A stretch of 54,162 nucleotides of DNA from a virus (IMGVR_UViG_3300022827_000011:1-54162); one strand, 5' to 3'; positions 7,020 through 17,425 are shown, counted from the stretch's first letter. Made by a program: numbers and translations. Notes: generated from the letters alone by a model not told the origin.

Positions 7020-7373
7020 TTATTGTTTAGTCAACTTTAATTTCTCTGCAATTTTAAAATTGCTTACATCATTTACTGCACTGTTAAGAGCAGCAGCATA
7101 ATTTATAGCGGTTTGCTCTTTCATAACAATAGTGCTTTGCATTTCGGCTACACCAGTTGTAAGTATTTGCCAAATTTGCTTCCAACGATTTTTCTCCCAC
7201 CAATGTGTATGTACAGAAAGATGTGTATGTACTTGGATCATAAAGTCGTCTGCTTCAATTTCTAAAGAGTGCGCGTGAAGATCATCGCCGCATTCGCAAC
7301 GAATGTAATACCACATCGAGTCGCCAAAATCGTGTGTTTTTAAGATACCTTCGGCGGGTAATTGAGAATTCAT
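7020..7373 (-). CDS. hypothetical protein (CxC..H motif)
   Basis: 117-aa ORF with AAGGA SD. Confidence 0.75.
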   Translation of the reverse strand: MNSQLPAEGILKTHDFGDSMWYYIRCECGDDLHAHSLEIEADDFMIQVHTHLSVHTHWWEKNRWKQIWQILTTGVAEMQSTIVMKEQTAINYAAALNSAVNDVSNFKIAEKLKLTKQ

Positions 7374-7391
7374 TATATTTTTATTCCTTTT

Positions 7392-7793
7392 CTATTGATG
7401 TAATGGGTATAATTGCATGTAGGAGATTTCTTCTGCCTCAACTGTAAATGCCCACATGCAGGTAACTTCTACAGAAGTAAATGTCTTTCCGTACCAGTTT
7501 TTCCAAGGATAAGTAGGATCTATAGTCATTCCGTGGTGTAAAACATTCATAGAGATAACTTGCATAGCTGCTTTAGTAGCACTAAGTACTAGTGTAGTAC
7601 CAAACGATCTATCATCTTTCCAAGAACGCACACTATTCCAGAGTTCGTAATTTTTTTTATATTCCATACCACACTGATGGTTTACAAATTCGTCAAAGTC
7701 TGATTGAGCATGGGCAGCCTGTGCCATAGCTTTACCTGGATTCATATCCGGCAAGTCTTCTCTCATAATAATGTATAATCTTGGCTCAACCAT
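7392..7793 (-). CDS. peptidyl-tRNA hydrolase, PTH2 family
   Basis: YIIMREDL..MNPGKAMAQAAHA signature. Confidence 0.85.
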   Translation of the reverse strand: MVEPRLYIIMREDLPDMNPGKAMAQAAHAQSDFDEFVNHQCGMEYKKNYELWNSVRSWKDDRSFGTTLVLSATKAAMQVISMNVLHHGMTIDPTYPWKNWYGKTFTSVEVTCMWAFTVEAEEISYMQLYPLHQ

Positions 7794-8183
7794 TTTTTGT
7801 ACCCACTGCTATTCCGAGGGCTACCCATCCTACTAGTTTATCTGGCGTACTATTGAACACATAAGCAAGTACATATACTAGTGTTACAGCAATTGTGATA
7901 TTTACAACAGAAAATAGAATATTATTCAACTGGTTTCATTCCTTTTTTTGTAAAACTCTTTGCACGTCTAATCTGCTCTTCGGGAGAAAGTCTACTATTA
8001 CTAAGGTATTGCTTCCATTGCTTAAACAAGGTAGCCTTAGGATTTTTCTTTGCCATGGGTATCCTACGCAATCTTCAAAATATTTACATACAAGTTCTTG
8101 ATTGAGATACTTCTTATAAGTGCCCACATGAGAGAATTCTCAAAAATCTGCATTTCTAACTATCAAGAGGATCTATAAATATA

Positions 8184-8402
8184 TTAGGCAAGGTTTAGCT
8201 CTAATAGTTTTTCTCTTAGTAGACTTTTAATATACAACATACTGTCACAGTTGTCAAGTAAATTCAGCAGCAACCTAACTTCTTCTCGACTAATGTTGTC
8301 GCCGTTTAGTATGTTGTACCCTCGACTTTTCATTTCGTCAACAAGTATCTTATCGCTAAACTCGGCTAAGTCGACGTCGACGCTAATAGTTCGGTGTGTC
8401 AT
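8184..8402 (-). CDS. hypothetical protein
   Basis: Small ORF, AAGGA SD. Confidence 0.7.
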   Translation of the reverse strand: MTHRTISVDVDLAEFSDKILVDEMKSRGYNILNGDNISREEVRLLLNLLDNCDSMLYIKSLLREKLLELNLA

Positions 8403-8404
8403 GA

Positions 8405-8905
8405 TTATTCCTTCTCTTTTAAGGTTTCAAAATTACGGTATTTTTCTAGTTGTGTATGGTATTCGTCGGCTGCTTTTTTTAGATTAGGATACTGGTTTTC
8501 TAAACTAAAGTTTCGATTTATTACAACACCTAAACTGTTTACTATATCTTCGAGAGTTTTTTGGTAAGCCAAAAAAGGAGATAATTCTTCATGTAGCGAG
8601 TCAACTAATTTGTAGCGAGGATCATTAATAGGATGCCCACTTCCGGCTGGAACAACTCCGGAATCAATCCAGTTATTTTTTGCCTTTACTATTCCTTTAT
8701 GTTTAATAAGCATTGTGTAGTTGTCTGTATGGTGCCGGGACCCGCAACTACATTGATAAAATCGTTGTTCCCAATGCTCGATCTTTCTAGTGTTAGCGTC
8801 TTTGCTATGGTATTCATCGTTTGTAGCAATTAGATGCCACACATGTTCGTGATTAGTAACTGTTTGCTGTTGTGGTGATTTGTGTTTTTTAAATATATTA
8901 AACAT
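8405..8905 (-). CDS. hypothetical protein
   Basis: 166-aa ORF in operon. Confidence 0.75.
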   Translation of the reverse strand: MFNIFKKHKSPQQQTVTNHEHVWHLIATNDEYHSKDANTRKIEHWEQRFYQCSCGSRHHTDNYTMLIKHKGIVKAKNNWIDSGVVPAGSGHPINDPRYKLVDSLHEELSPFLAYQKTLEDIVNSLGVVINRNFSLENQYPNLKKAADEYHTQLEKYRNFETLKEKE

Positions 8906-9208
8906 TTAACTCTTCTTAACAATCGCTGTTACTATTTCGAGATTATGTTTGGCCTTTGCTACAGCCGGGTACTCTCGTTCGAGATGACTGGTACCCTTGC
9001 GATACTTCAGCACAGAGTTGCCATCTTGCATTCCAATATAGTATTCGTATCCTTTATCAAACCGGTTAAGTATCCTGTTTAACATTTGAGAATTTTCTTC
9101 AACTATTCGTTGCATAATACTTGCATTTTTATAATATTTTGTAAATTCGTCAAGTAATAATTTTTCTTCACGAATTGCATCTAGCAGTGAATAAAGTTCC
9201 TTGCTCAT
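8906..9208 (-). CDS. hypothetical protein
   Basis: 100-aa ORF, AAGGA SD. Confidence 0.7.
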   Translation of the reverse strand: MSKELYSLLDAIREEKLLLDEFTKYYKNASIMQRIVEENSQMLNRILNRFDKGYEYYIGMQDGNSVLKYRKGTSHLEREYPAVAKAKHNLEIVTAIVKKS

Positions 9209-9210
9209 GA

Positions 9211-9825
9211 TTATTCCTTCTCTTCATCAAGATAATCGTTGTTAATTTTTTTTGCGATAGTTTTATGAATGCCCGGATTGACTCTTAATACATGCGGCAT
9301 CATCTCGTGTCTAATATAGTTTCTAGTATAACACGTATCGGCATTGCTGTCATCCTCAATCCATGGCACTGTATTAAGTTCTGCCCATAGTGTCAAATCT
9401 CTTTTTCGATTAAGACGAAACGGTCGAATAACATGATTTCTGCGATAAGGAACCCATTTTCCAGTGCCGTTTAAACTACTCCAGATCCAAGTTTCTACAC
9501 AATCGTCTAGGTGGTGACATGTAATTACTGGTACTGTGCTAAACTTATCAAAGAACTCGTAACGCTTTTCTCGCCACCATTCTTCTCGGCTAAGTCCCGG
9601 CGGCACCGTTCCATGACATGTTCCTACAGTAATTGGAATCATCTTCTCATTGCAATATTTTTGTAAGAAATTGCTTGCTGTTTTTCCGTGCGTAGTACCG
9701 TGATCAAAATGTAATACATGCACTCGATGATTACGTCGCAAGAAGTCTAATGCTGCCATACTGTCGACTCCTCCGCTACATGCAATCCATACATTACGAG
9801 GTAGTTTTCCTTGTACTTTAATCAT
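9211..9825 (-). CDS. tilS: tRNA(Ile)-lysidine synthase, minimal PP-loop domain
   Basis: SGGVDSM PP-loop, HFDHG, R..RY.FF, HHLDD..ET, IRP, EDDSN and RNYIRH motifs. Confidence 0.88.
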   Translation of the reverse strand: MIKVQGKLPRNVWIACSGGVDSMAALDFLRRNHRVHVLHFDHGTTHGKTASNFLQKYCNEKMIPITVGTCHGTVPPGLSREEWWREKRYEFFDKFSTVPVITCHHLDDCVETWIWSSLNGTGKWVPYRRNHVIRPFRLNRKRDLTLWAELNTVPWIEDDSNADTCYTRNYIRHEMMPHVLRVNPGIHKTIAKKINNDYLDEEKE

Positions 9826-10571
9826 TGTGGTCCTTGCTGTTTTCCGTATTCAAATTTATGAGAAAACTTTTCAATACTTTTACCTGCTATTATATTAAGC
9901 GTATTGCGTTTAGCCAATGCAGTAACATCTCGATTGTATCCATCAATTAATCCTGGCCAATCTTCTAAGAACATTTTACATTCGTAGCCGTATAGTAATT
10001 TTCCTCCTCGACTGCCGCCGCCGCCGGTGTTAATGCCTGTGCCTTTTGTCACATCGCTTCCGAACCCTGTGTTGTGACTAAGTTGATACTCGATCTTTCC
10101 TGACCATCCAGGAAATCCCCTCGGTACCAATGTTACGCCGTCTGCTTCTGTGCTCGTGCCGCCCCATTGGGTACGCTTTCCGCGCGGACTACTGTGAGTA
10201 TTACTTACGCAATCGCTGTAATTTAAACTAAGAAATGTAATCTTAAACCAAAAATCTTCTCTATTTGGAATATCTTTATGTAATAAAGAGTTATAAATCC
10301 TGTCATAAAAAAATTCAGGATTCATCTCAACCCAATTTACAATACTAATAAAGTTGGGTTGATTAATAAGATTATTAAACTTAAGATTATTAATTTTATT
10401 ACGAGCTGCCTTATGCATACGACTTGTACGCAAATTTGCAAGATGTTTAATATAAGACGGCTTAGTAACAAACAGCCTTGCTGTCCACGGACATTGATAT
10501 GCTTTTGTTAATTTTGCATCGTTAACCGGAATGATAGTACCATTGGATTTATAAACTGCAATTTTTGGCAT
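9822..10571 (-). CDS. hypothetical protein
   Basis: 249-aa ORF. Confidence 0.8.
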   Translation of the reverse strand: MPKIAVYKSNGTIIPVNDAKLTKAYQCPWTARLFVTKPSYIKHLANLRTSRMHKAARNKINNLKFNNLINQPNFISIVNWVEMNPEFFYDRIYNSLLHKDIPNREDFWFKITFLSLNYSDCVSNTHSSPRGKRTQWGGTSTEADGVTLVPRGFPGWSGKIEYQLSHNTGFGSDVTKGTGINTGGGGSRGGKLLYGYECKMFLEDWPGLIDGYNRDVTALAKRNTLNIIAGKSIEKFSHKFEYGKQQGPQ

Positions 10572-10626
10572 TTTATTCTCTTCTAGAGTTTCTATTAATC
10601 TAATATAGCATCTTATCTATCAGTAG

Positions 10627-11331
10627 TCAAGCGAACTTCTTAGTAATAGCATCTTGTATCTGATCGTCATCATCTAACTCTATGTCAATATAATCTAATT
10701 CGTTTAGGCATACATAAGTAGTTTTTCCCCGAACATACATCATACTTTTATGCCAATGTCCAAAGAAGTGAAAGGCGGGTTGGTGAATTTCACTCATTGA
10801 TTGCAATGCTTGCGCTGTACGAGTAGGATACTCGGGACCTTTTATAAACCCAGTCTTAAAAAACATCTCGCTAGCAACTTGTCTTGGACAATCATGAGTA
10901 ATCATTATTCTTGGCAACACTGCTGAATATTCGTTAACTACTTCGATTAATTCTGCTACAGAGCATTCTTCGTCTGGCCACCAATTTACTCCTTCGGTGC
11001 GCGCCCACCATCCAGGAGGAGCATTTGGGTTATCAATACTCCACGCGCCGTTTACTGCAAAGCAATCGTTAAAACATAATCCATTGTCAATATAGTTAGA
11101 CATGTGTAGTTTACACGTATCGGGGTGATCGTGATTTCCTCTAATAAAATAAGAGTTAGTGTTGATCATATTTTGGTTAAGACTCTCTTGCCAGTAGTCG
11201 CTTTGACCAAATCCTACACCCATGTCTCCAAGTTGTATAGTTTTAAAAACGTTGCTAGGACGCTGATTAATAAGCCGACGATAATCATTTGCTAACCCAT
11301 GCACATCGCCTATGATTCTAGTTAGTTCCAT
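10627..11331 (-). CDS. calcineurin-like metallophosphoesterase
   Basis: GDVHG, QLGD, RGNHD, ITHDCP and FGHWH motifs. Confidence 0.9.
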   Translation of the reverse strand: MELTRIIGDVHGLANDYRRLINQRPSNVFKTIQLGDMGVGFGQSDYWQESLNQNMINTNSYFIRGNHDHPDTCKLHMSNYIDNGLCFNDCFAVNGAWSIDNPNAPPGWWARTEGVNWWPDEECSVAELIEVVNEYSAVLPRIMITHDCPRQVASEMFFKTGFIKGPEYPTRTAQALQSMSEIHQPAFHFFGHWHKSMMYVRGKTTYVCLNELDYIDIELDDDDQIQDAITKKFA

Positions 11332-11364
11332 ATTGCTTTCCTTATAAAAACTTACGTATTTAAT

Positions 11365-11387
11365 GGAAAGGAGCCTAGGCTCCTTTC
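11365..11387. terminator. hairpin/terminator
   Basis: GAAAGGAGC-CTAG-GCTCCTTTC. Confidence 0.55.
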
Positions 11388-11401
11388 TGTAGTATGTACT
11401 A

Positions 11402-12256
11402 TTATTTCATGTTCATAAACGGAATAGTACTATTAGGAATCATAGTAGTCGGTAACTGTCCATTCCATCGTTCGGCTTGCACAAGTCCAATCAAGTTTGG
11501 ATTTTGATTAAGTGCATCACCTCGCGCTCGGATTGCCTCGGCTTCTGCGTTACCCTGAAGTTTAATAGCCTCTGCTTCGGCAGTAGCCTGTGCAACCCTT
11601 GAATCAGCGTCGGCCTGGGCTTGAATTACTTTAATCTCGGCTTGTATCTTTTCTCGTTCGGCATTTTGCATTACACGCTGCACTTCTACTTCGGCTTGCA
11701 TCCGCTGCTCGATACTTTGTTCGTAACTTTCACTAAAATCGATATTCTCTAATTGGACGCTTTCAATAATAATTGGTCCAACTACGCTATCTTGAATTGC
11801 CATTTGAATTTCGGCAACCAGTCTGCTACGATCTTGAATAGCAGTTGCAGCATTAAATCTTCCAAATACGTTCTTACTTTCGTCCATAACTTGCCGATCT
11901 AGCAGCCTCGATGAAAGTGCATCTACTGATCCGTAGTTCTTATATACCAATTCAACTTGGTCAATCGGGACCCGGAAATTTACTGATATAGTCAAACTAG
12001 CCGTTTGTTGGTCTCTAGAGTATGCTAAGATATTTTCGTAGATCTTAGCTTGACTCCGAACGTCGATGTCTATTACTTTATCAATTATCGGCATCTTAAA
12101 TCCAAGGCCTGGTTCGGCAACCCCGGTAATTGCTCCATTGCGCAGAATTACACCGCGGTCGCCTTGGTCAACTGTGTACCAACTGCCGCCTAATAATATT
12201 AATACAAAGAGCGCAATAAATACGTTTATACACAAAATAGTAATGGGTCTGTTCAT
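11402..12256 (-). CDS. SPFH/band-7 (prohibitin-like) membrane protein
   Basis: N-terminal TM, YTVDQGDRGV..GL.FK.P, AEAEA coiled coil, WNGQLP end. Confidence 0.9.
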   Translation of the reverse strand: MNRPITILCINVFIALFVLILLGGSWYTVDQGDRGVILRNGAITGVAEPGLGFKMPIIDKVIDIDVRSQAKIYENILAYSRDQQTASLTISVNFRVPIDQVELVYKNYGSVDALSSRLLDRQVMDESKNVFGRFNAATAIQDRSRLVAEIQMAIQDSVVGPIIIESVQLENIDFSESYEQSIEQRMQAEVEVQRVMQNAEREKIQAEIKVIQAQADADSRVAQATAEAEAIKLQGNAEAEAIRARGDALNQNPNLIGLVQAERWNGQLPTTMIPNSTIPFMNMK

Positions 12257-12565
12257 TTGGGTTTCCTTTAAATATTTAAGAGGTTATTCGTCGCTGTCTT
12301 TTTTGTCTTTGAACGATACATTATAGTAAATATAATGTAATCCAAATACAATAACTATACCGATGGTAATTAGTCCTAATAACGCAAATGCTATCATTTT
12401 TTAATAAGTCTTTCTCGAGGGTGCGTGGTCGCGGTTAAGTCTGTCCTAGCTTGAATGCCTATCCACATTAAGAAAGGAAGATACGCAAATACCATAGCAA
12501 TAGCAAGATTCATGTTGTTATCCTTGTGTTCTATAATTATAATGTACTTGATATTATACAATGTG

Positions 12566-12949
12566 TCAAGCGTTATTTGCTAGTTCAACTTTATGCCCTT
12601 TTATTCGTAATAGAGTAACATGTTTAGGTTTAAGCCATTTTGTTTCGTGCATCGGCGGATAGGTTACTTTAATATTTGGATAATATCCTGGCCCTATATT
12701 AAAAATTGTACCAGCTTTGATTCCATTAGATACACTATATTGTCCGTATTGAATACTAGACGCTACGTCAACGGAGTTTTCAATTACTGGGTATACATTA
12801 TAACTTTTAAACCCAAGAAACGGCATTCTAACCGAATCAATTGCTACTTTTCTCTGCTCTATCCTTTTTTTAAATCCAATAATATAACGAGACATTACAT
12901 TTCTCTTTAAATAATCAAAAGTCTTTAAAGTAGAGTTTTTCATATACAT
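12566..12949 (-). CDS. hypothetical protein
   Basis: ORF with C-terminal TLLRIKG motif. Confidence 0.65.
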   Translation of the reverse strand: MYMKNSTLKTFDYLKRNVMSRYIIGFKKRIEQRKVAIDSVRMPFLGFKSYNVYPVIENSVDVASSIQYGQYSVSNGIKAGTIFNIGPGYYPNIKVTYPPMHETKWLKPKHVTLLRIKGHKVELANNA

Positions 12950-13003
12950 TTATTCCTTTGTAAAAAATTTCTATATTGTGTTGCTGATACTACAGTAAAC
13001 AAT

Positions 13004-13318
13004 TTACAAGTAAACAGTATGAGCTTTATCGTTATCGTATGCCGGAACAGCAAGTATCAATGCAGTATAATTTTTGTCTCCGCGTAAATAGATACGGTTA
13101 AAATACTCGCCACGAGTCGTGCGAATCATAATACCGACTGCCCAATTGCCATTCTGATAGGAACAATTATTACGGTATATAAATTGTGACTTAAACAATT
13201 TTCTGCATGTATGTCTATAACGATTAAAATCGTCCCAGTCTGCTGATTCAAAATTTAAATAACAATTAAATCCAAATTTATAAAGGTTAAATCGGTTATC
13301 TGTTTTTTTCAAATTCAT
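13004..13318 (-). CDS. hypothetical protein
   Basis: 104-aa ORF. Confidence 0.65.
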   Translation of the reverse strand: MNLKKTDNRFNLYKFGFNCYLNFESADWDDFNRYRHTCRKLFKSQFIYRNNCSYQNGNWAVGIMIRTTRGEYFNRIYLRGDKNYTALILAVPAYDNDKAHTVYL

Positions 13319-13437
13319 TATATTATATTCCTAAGTTTAAAATACAGATTAGCTTGCAGCCATCTTAATGTTATTAAAGAACTATGTTTTCTTCGACGCA
13401 AGGAAGTACAAGATGTGATTAGTTGTTTTATAAATGA

Positions 13438-13770
13438 CTACTGAATTACATTATTTTGTGGAGCACTATGATAAAGCGACGATCCATTTTTTCTAATCAT
13501 ATCCACTAGTAATTGAGGCGATTGCACAGCAAGATCCCAGAGCTGATCCTCGTTAACGTCGTCACTGGTATTAAATATCCACATTTCTGGACTACGTTGC
13601 GGATTAAATCTTGCTCGCATTAGCATAGTATTAACGTTAATTGGCGGAAGGGTAAGATCCTTACCTGCAATAGTGTTTATAAGACTATCGCGCTCCCACC
13701 GGGTCATGTCTACAATAGCTTCAAACCCGTTGCAATCCCAGTAACAAACAAAAATTTTATTTTTTGACAT
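13438..13770 (-). CDS. conserved phage hypothetical protein
   Basis: 110 aa with WDCxGxE and RARxNPQR motifs. Confidence 0.75.
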   Translation of the reverse strand: MSKNKIFVCYWDCNGFEAIVDMTRWERDSLINTIAGKDLTLPPINVNTMLMRARFNPQRSPEMWIFNTSDDVNEDQLWDLAVQSPQLLVDMIRKNGSSLYHSAPQNNVIQ

Positions 13771-13815
13771 TGAATTTCTTTCGTTTACTATTCATTTAAT
13801 TATAAGTAGTCAATG

Positions 13816-14043
13816 TTACCATTGGCTATATTTAAGTAATGCAAAGGTTAGATCCTTTGGTAATATACTACAATAAGGGCTGTTGATCCATGATTTAAAG
13901 TCGAGATTGACTCCGTTGATATAATAGGTTGCAGTACGATCTCTAGAATTCCAAACTGCCGGGCCATCTGTTCTATGTAACTTCTTATTATTCATCCATA
14001 TTTCGCTACCATTGCTTAATTTAATGCATGTACTATTTGACAC
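13816..14043 (-). CDS. single LHRxDGPA-repeat protein
   Basis: WMNNKKLHRTDGPA; distant paralog of the array at 50241-53138. Confidence 0.75.
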   Translation of the reverse strand: MSNSTCIKLSNGSEIWMNNKKLHRTDGPAVWNSRDRTATYYINGVNLDFKSWINSPYCSILPKDLTFALLKYSQW

Positions 14044-14053
14044 TTATTATTTC

Positions 14054-14302
14054 CTAACTGAAATATTCACTATATTTTACAAGAAAAAAAGTTCTCTTTT
14101 TTTCTGAATAAAAGTCTAACATTATACAATTTTTACGATATTTCTGGCAGGATTTATCCCAGTCTTTGTACTCTCGAATAGTAAATCCTAGTTTGGTCTT
14201 CATCTTTTCACGTATCAAAAATATACTTGCAGGATAGTCTTGTTTTAATTTATCTAGTAACTTACACCATTGCGTTATACTAAGTTCAACTGGCTTATTC
14301 AT
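14054..14302 (-). CDS. hypothetical protein
   Basis: 82 aa, ends TFFLVKYSEYFS. Confidence 0.75.
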   Translation of the reverse strand: MNKPVELSITQWCKLLDKLKQDYPASIFLIREKMKTKLGFTIREYKDWDKSCQKYRKNCIMLDFYSEKKRTFFLVKYSEYFS

Positions 14303-14507
14303 TGTCCCATTCTTGCCATCTGATAATTTCTAGATCTTTACCAGTACCAGTAGTTTTAAGATACCCGTCATCTATCAACTTATCAATTGTAGCAGCCACT
14401 ACTTTCTGTGTATTTGTTGTTGTTGCCATAAACCACCCGGTTACAGTAAAAGCTATCGCTGTTAGGAAAATAGTAATAGTAGTTGCACTCAGTAACAGAT
14501 CAATCAT
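14295..14507 (-). CDS. small membrane protein
   Basis: N-terminal TM helix. Confidence 0.7.
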   Translation of the reverse strand: MIDLLLSATTITIFLTAIAFTVTGWFMATTTNTQKVVAATIDKLIDDGYLKTTGTGKDLEIIRWQEWDNE

Positions 14508-14770
14508 GTTGGGGTCCTTTAATATCTCTCATTATTTTTTTATTTTCTTCTGCTATTTCTTTTTTGGAAGATTGATAAACTTCACGTAACATAAAAATTA
14601 CTATAGGAAGTAACCAGAATACAAAGATACCAACGATCGATGCAATTTCTGGATTGATGTGGTACGATTCTTATACTACCGCTTTGGTCCAAAGCGGTAG
14701 TGATTAAATATACTAGTACTGCTATTGTACTTGAAATTTTCCTTAAAAAGCGTTTCCATACTCGAATCAT
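14500..14770 (-). pseudogene. two-TM membrane protein gene frameshifted at a perfect palindrome
   Basis: The N-half (MIRVWKR...LVYLITTAL) and C-half (...IVGIFVFWLLPIVIFML...GPQHD) lie in different frames, meeting at the inverted repeat 14675-14701. Confidence 0.6.
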
Positions 14771-14782
14771 ACTCGAATCATA

Positions 14783-15493
14783 TTAGTTGTCCATCCTTAC
14801 AAGTCTTACATAGTTAAGTTTATTCACAATTAAACCGGTATCGTTACACATTACTTGTGATTTAACATTGGCACTAAATCCGTATACCTGCGATATTGGC
14901 ATTTCAAACTGATTGCTAAACATTACCAAGTTTTCTTTAAATCCTGCAGTGTAGAAAAATGTATTGTATGTTTCACTGCGAATACATTTAAGTAACGTTA
15001 GCTCGCCAATAACTTTTTTACAGTTAATTGCAGCACTTTTGCTAAATTCTAATTTAAGTTTTTGTTTGTAAACCAGTTGGGCAAGTTCTCGTTCTACAAA
15101 AGTAGGAAAGTATGCTAGCACACCTATTAAGGAAGTTGGGATTTTTTCTTGTGCATATGTTGAAAACATATCGGACTGAAAGTCAGACAAATTGCCTAAT
15201 GCCAATATAGTATACCGTTTCATATGATGATTTGCGGTAGCCAACGCTGTTCGATCTTGAGCAGTAACGATCATCGGTAAAAAACTACTAGTTATATAAG
15301 AATGAGATTGGAGATATGTATTATAACTAATCACGTTGGATTTGATTAATTCTTTGTTTGCAAATATTGCAGGGCGCTTACTTGTAGCTTCTTGCGTCTG
15401 TTTGATATATCCCCGGTTGGTACGTTGCGCCGCAAAAGCCAACTCGAGAACCCGAGTAGTACAATATTCTTTTAATTCTACTCGATCTGACAT
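14783..15493 (-). CDS. hypothetical protein
   Basis: Long ORF; likely start MSDRVELKE. Confidence 0.75.
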   Translation of the reverse strand: MSDRVELKEYCTTRVLELAFAAQRTNRGYIKQTQEATSKRPAIFANKELIKSNVISYNTYLQSHSYITSSFLPMIVTAQDRTALATANHHMKRYTILALGNLSDFQSDMFSTYAQEKIPTSLIGVLAYFPTFVERELAQLVYKQKLKLEFSKSAAINCKKVIGELTLLKCIRSETYNTFFYTAGFKENLVMFSNQFEMPISQVYGFSANVKSQVMCNDTGLIVNKLNYVRLVRMDN

Positions 15494-15557
15494 TTTGCTC
15501 TCTTTATTAATACGTATGTGCTTTTGTAGCATGTGTGTATTAGAATGTCAACAATTA

Positions 15558-15707
15558 TTACAACGGTCGCAACCCGCTAATTTTAACATCGCTTCCGTAT
15601 TGTGCCTCGAGTAATGCCTTTGCTTGCGCACCTGCAATAGCCTGAACTGTTACCTTTGTAGGTCCGTTGTGCAGTAGAATAATTGCTTCATAGGTTCTCG
15701 TGTTCAT
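15558..15707 (-). CDS. small hypothetical protein (49 aa)
   Basis: Hand-translated MNTRTYEAII...AKALLEAQYG. Confidence 0.6.
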   Translation of the reverse strand: MNTRTYEAIILLHNGPTKVTVQAIAGAQAKALLEAQYGSDVKISGLRPL

Positions 15708-15790
15708 CTTGTTTCCATTTTTTAACGTAGTCTCGTTGTACTACACTATAATAGTAGTAGTATAGTAGTATAGTATTATGTACATGTCAA

Positions 15791-16009
15791 CTATATTCTG
15801 TAGGTGATCCTACCCTTGTCAAGATCGTAAGGAGTCATTTCAATTTTAACTCTGTCTCCTTGTACTAGTCTAATCCTAAACTGACGCATTTTACCGCCGG
15901 TATAGCATGTAACCACATGCTTATTATCTAGTTCTACCTTAAACATCTGACTAGGCAGGACATCGACTATAATGCCTTCTAGTTCAATAGTTTCATTATT
16001 CTTTACCAT
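15791..16009 (-). CDS. infA: translation initiation factor IF-1
   Basis: IELEG.I...LP..MF.VEL.N...GKMR..RIR...GDRV..EMTPYDL.KGRI.YR. Confidence 0.95.
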   Translation of the reverse strand: MVKNNETIELEGIIVDVLPSQMFKVELDNKHVVTCYTGGKMRQFRIRLVQGDRVKIEMTPYDLDKGRITYRI

Positions 16010-16193
16010 CAGTTACCTTTGTAATTGATAGTTCGCCACTTTTTAATATTTGAATTAACAAGTTGTCTCCTGGATTCCATCCTAATTTTTCTACAATTTC
16101 TGGAGGAATATTCATTAATACATTCTCCGGATCGCCGTCTATTTCTGTAAACACTTCGTCAACAGAATATGTTTTATTTATACCTTTGGTCAT
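15996..16193 (-). CDS. AbrB/MazE-like DNA-binding protein
   Basis: IPPEIVEKLGWNPGDNL swapped-hairpin motif. Confidence 0.75.
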   Translation of the reverse strand: MTKGINKTYSVDEVFTEIDGDPENVLMNIPPEIVEKLGWNPGDNLLIQILKSGELSITKVTDGKE

Positions 16194-16414
16194 AATAGTT
16201 CCTTTAACCGTCTATTTAATGCCTGCATGTTGCTAAATACATGTAGCAGAGCGTGAGGGCGTCTTTGTAACGCAAGTTAATACAATGTTATCCTCCTCTT
16301 TAGAATAAACTAATTTGTAGCAAGTATGCGTTACTTCTATGTAATTCATATCCTAAGGTGGCCACTATATTAATTTTCCATAGCAATGATGGAGAATTAT
16401 TTCTTTCAATTTAT

Positions 16415-17416
16415 TTATGCTGAAATAGATCCTAGTTGTTTGAATAAAGAGCCGGTTTCTACAACCAGTCTATGTCGTTCTGCTCGGAGTTTACCGTCGC
16501 TTCCGAGTCTTTGTGGACTATGTGTATAGCGAATTTGACACAAAATATTTGACGGATTGTTGCGTTGTTGAATACGAATCCGAGGCTTGCCTATTTGATC
16601 ATAAATTACTTCAATATCAACCGACGTCAACATTGCAGCTAATTTACGAATAGACTGTACTGAATGTCTACAATTTTTAATATTTATTATGTCGATACGC
16701 GAATCTTGTTTAGTTGCGTGTTCGGTTATAAATCTGATTAGATTATGCATTAAAACCGATTTATCTTGAGATTCTAATGCATATGCAGCTTGCTTTAAAA
16801 TGTTTTTAATATTAGATTTTGGATTATCATTATAACCGTCTATCGGTGTTAACTTGATTCCTAAAAAACTAACAAAATCTTGCATGTTCTCAAATGTACG
16901 AGGCGATGCTTGCCCTATTCGATTACTATTGTTTTTAAGGCTCCAGCCTTTTAGCACTTTTTCTGTATTACATGGTCCTACATGAGTTAACAAGATATCT
17001 GCTTTTGTACTCTTTTGTGATTCTTCGCCGATTGCTTTAATTTTAATATAATTTTTAGAATTATTATTAAAAAATAAATTACTGTATTGTAATATAGAAT
17101 TGTCGGTATTTACAAATGCAATAATTGCTTGCATTTCGGTTGACATTGCATTACATGTATGCTGCCATTCTTTTGCATCTGCAATATTCTTTACATTGTT
17201 AATAATATTTATAAATTCAATATTATTGCCATTGTTGTCAACAAAGACAGATACTAGATCATCCGATAAGGAAGTAATACTGAGTATGTTGGTAACATCT
17301 TCTTTGTTAATTAGCTCGGGTCCTTTAACAAACTTAGCAGTGATCGCAGCACCTAATAAGTATTCTGCTAGATGCCCCTTAGACGATCCAAATTTCAGTT
17401 TTGTTGTATTAGTCAT
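16415..17416 (-). CDS. hypothetical protein, possible PD-(D/E)XK nuclease fold
   Basis: 333 aa; E..KADI...SLK pattern. Confidence 0.55.
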   Translation of the reverse strand: MTNTTKLKFGSSKGHLAEYLLGAAITAKFVKGPELINKEDVTNILSITSLSDDLVSVFVDNNGNNIEFINIINNVKNIADAKEWQHTCNAMSTEMQAIIAFVNTDNSILQYSNLFFNNNSKNYIKIKAIGEESQKSTKADILLTHVGPCNTEKVLKGWSLKNNSNRIGQASPRTFENMQDFVSFLGIKLTPIDGYNDNPKSNIKNILKQAAYALESQDKSVLMHNLIRFITEHATKQDSRIDIINIKNCRHSVQSIRKLAAMLTSVDIEVIYDQIGKPRIRIQQRNNPSNILCQIRYTHSPQRLGSDGKLRAERHRLVVETGSLFKQLGSISA

Positions 17417-17425
17417 ATTAGCCTT

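Noticed and set aside
16200-16410. Possible gene or ncRNA after a plus-strand CTAAATAC box
   Set aside because: No ORF of useful length and no convincing structure; possibly a decayed gene.
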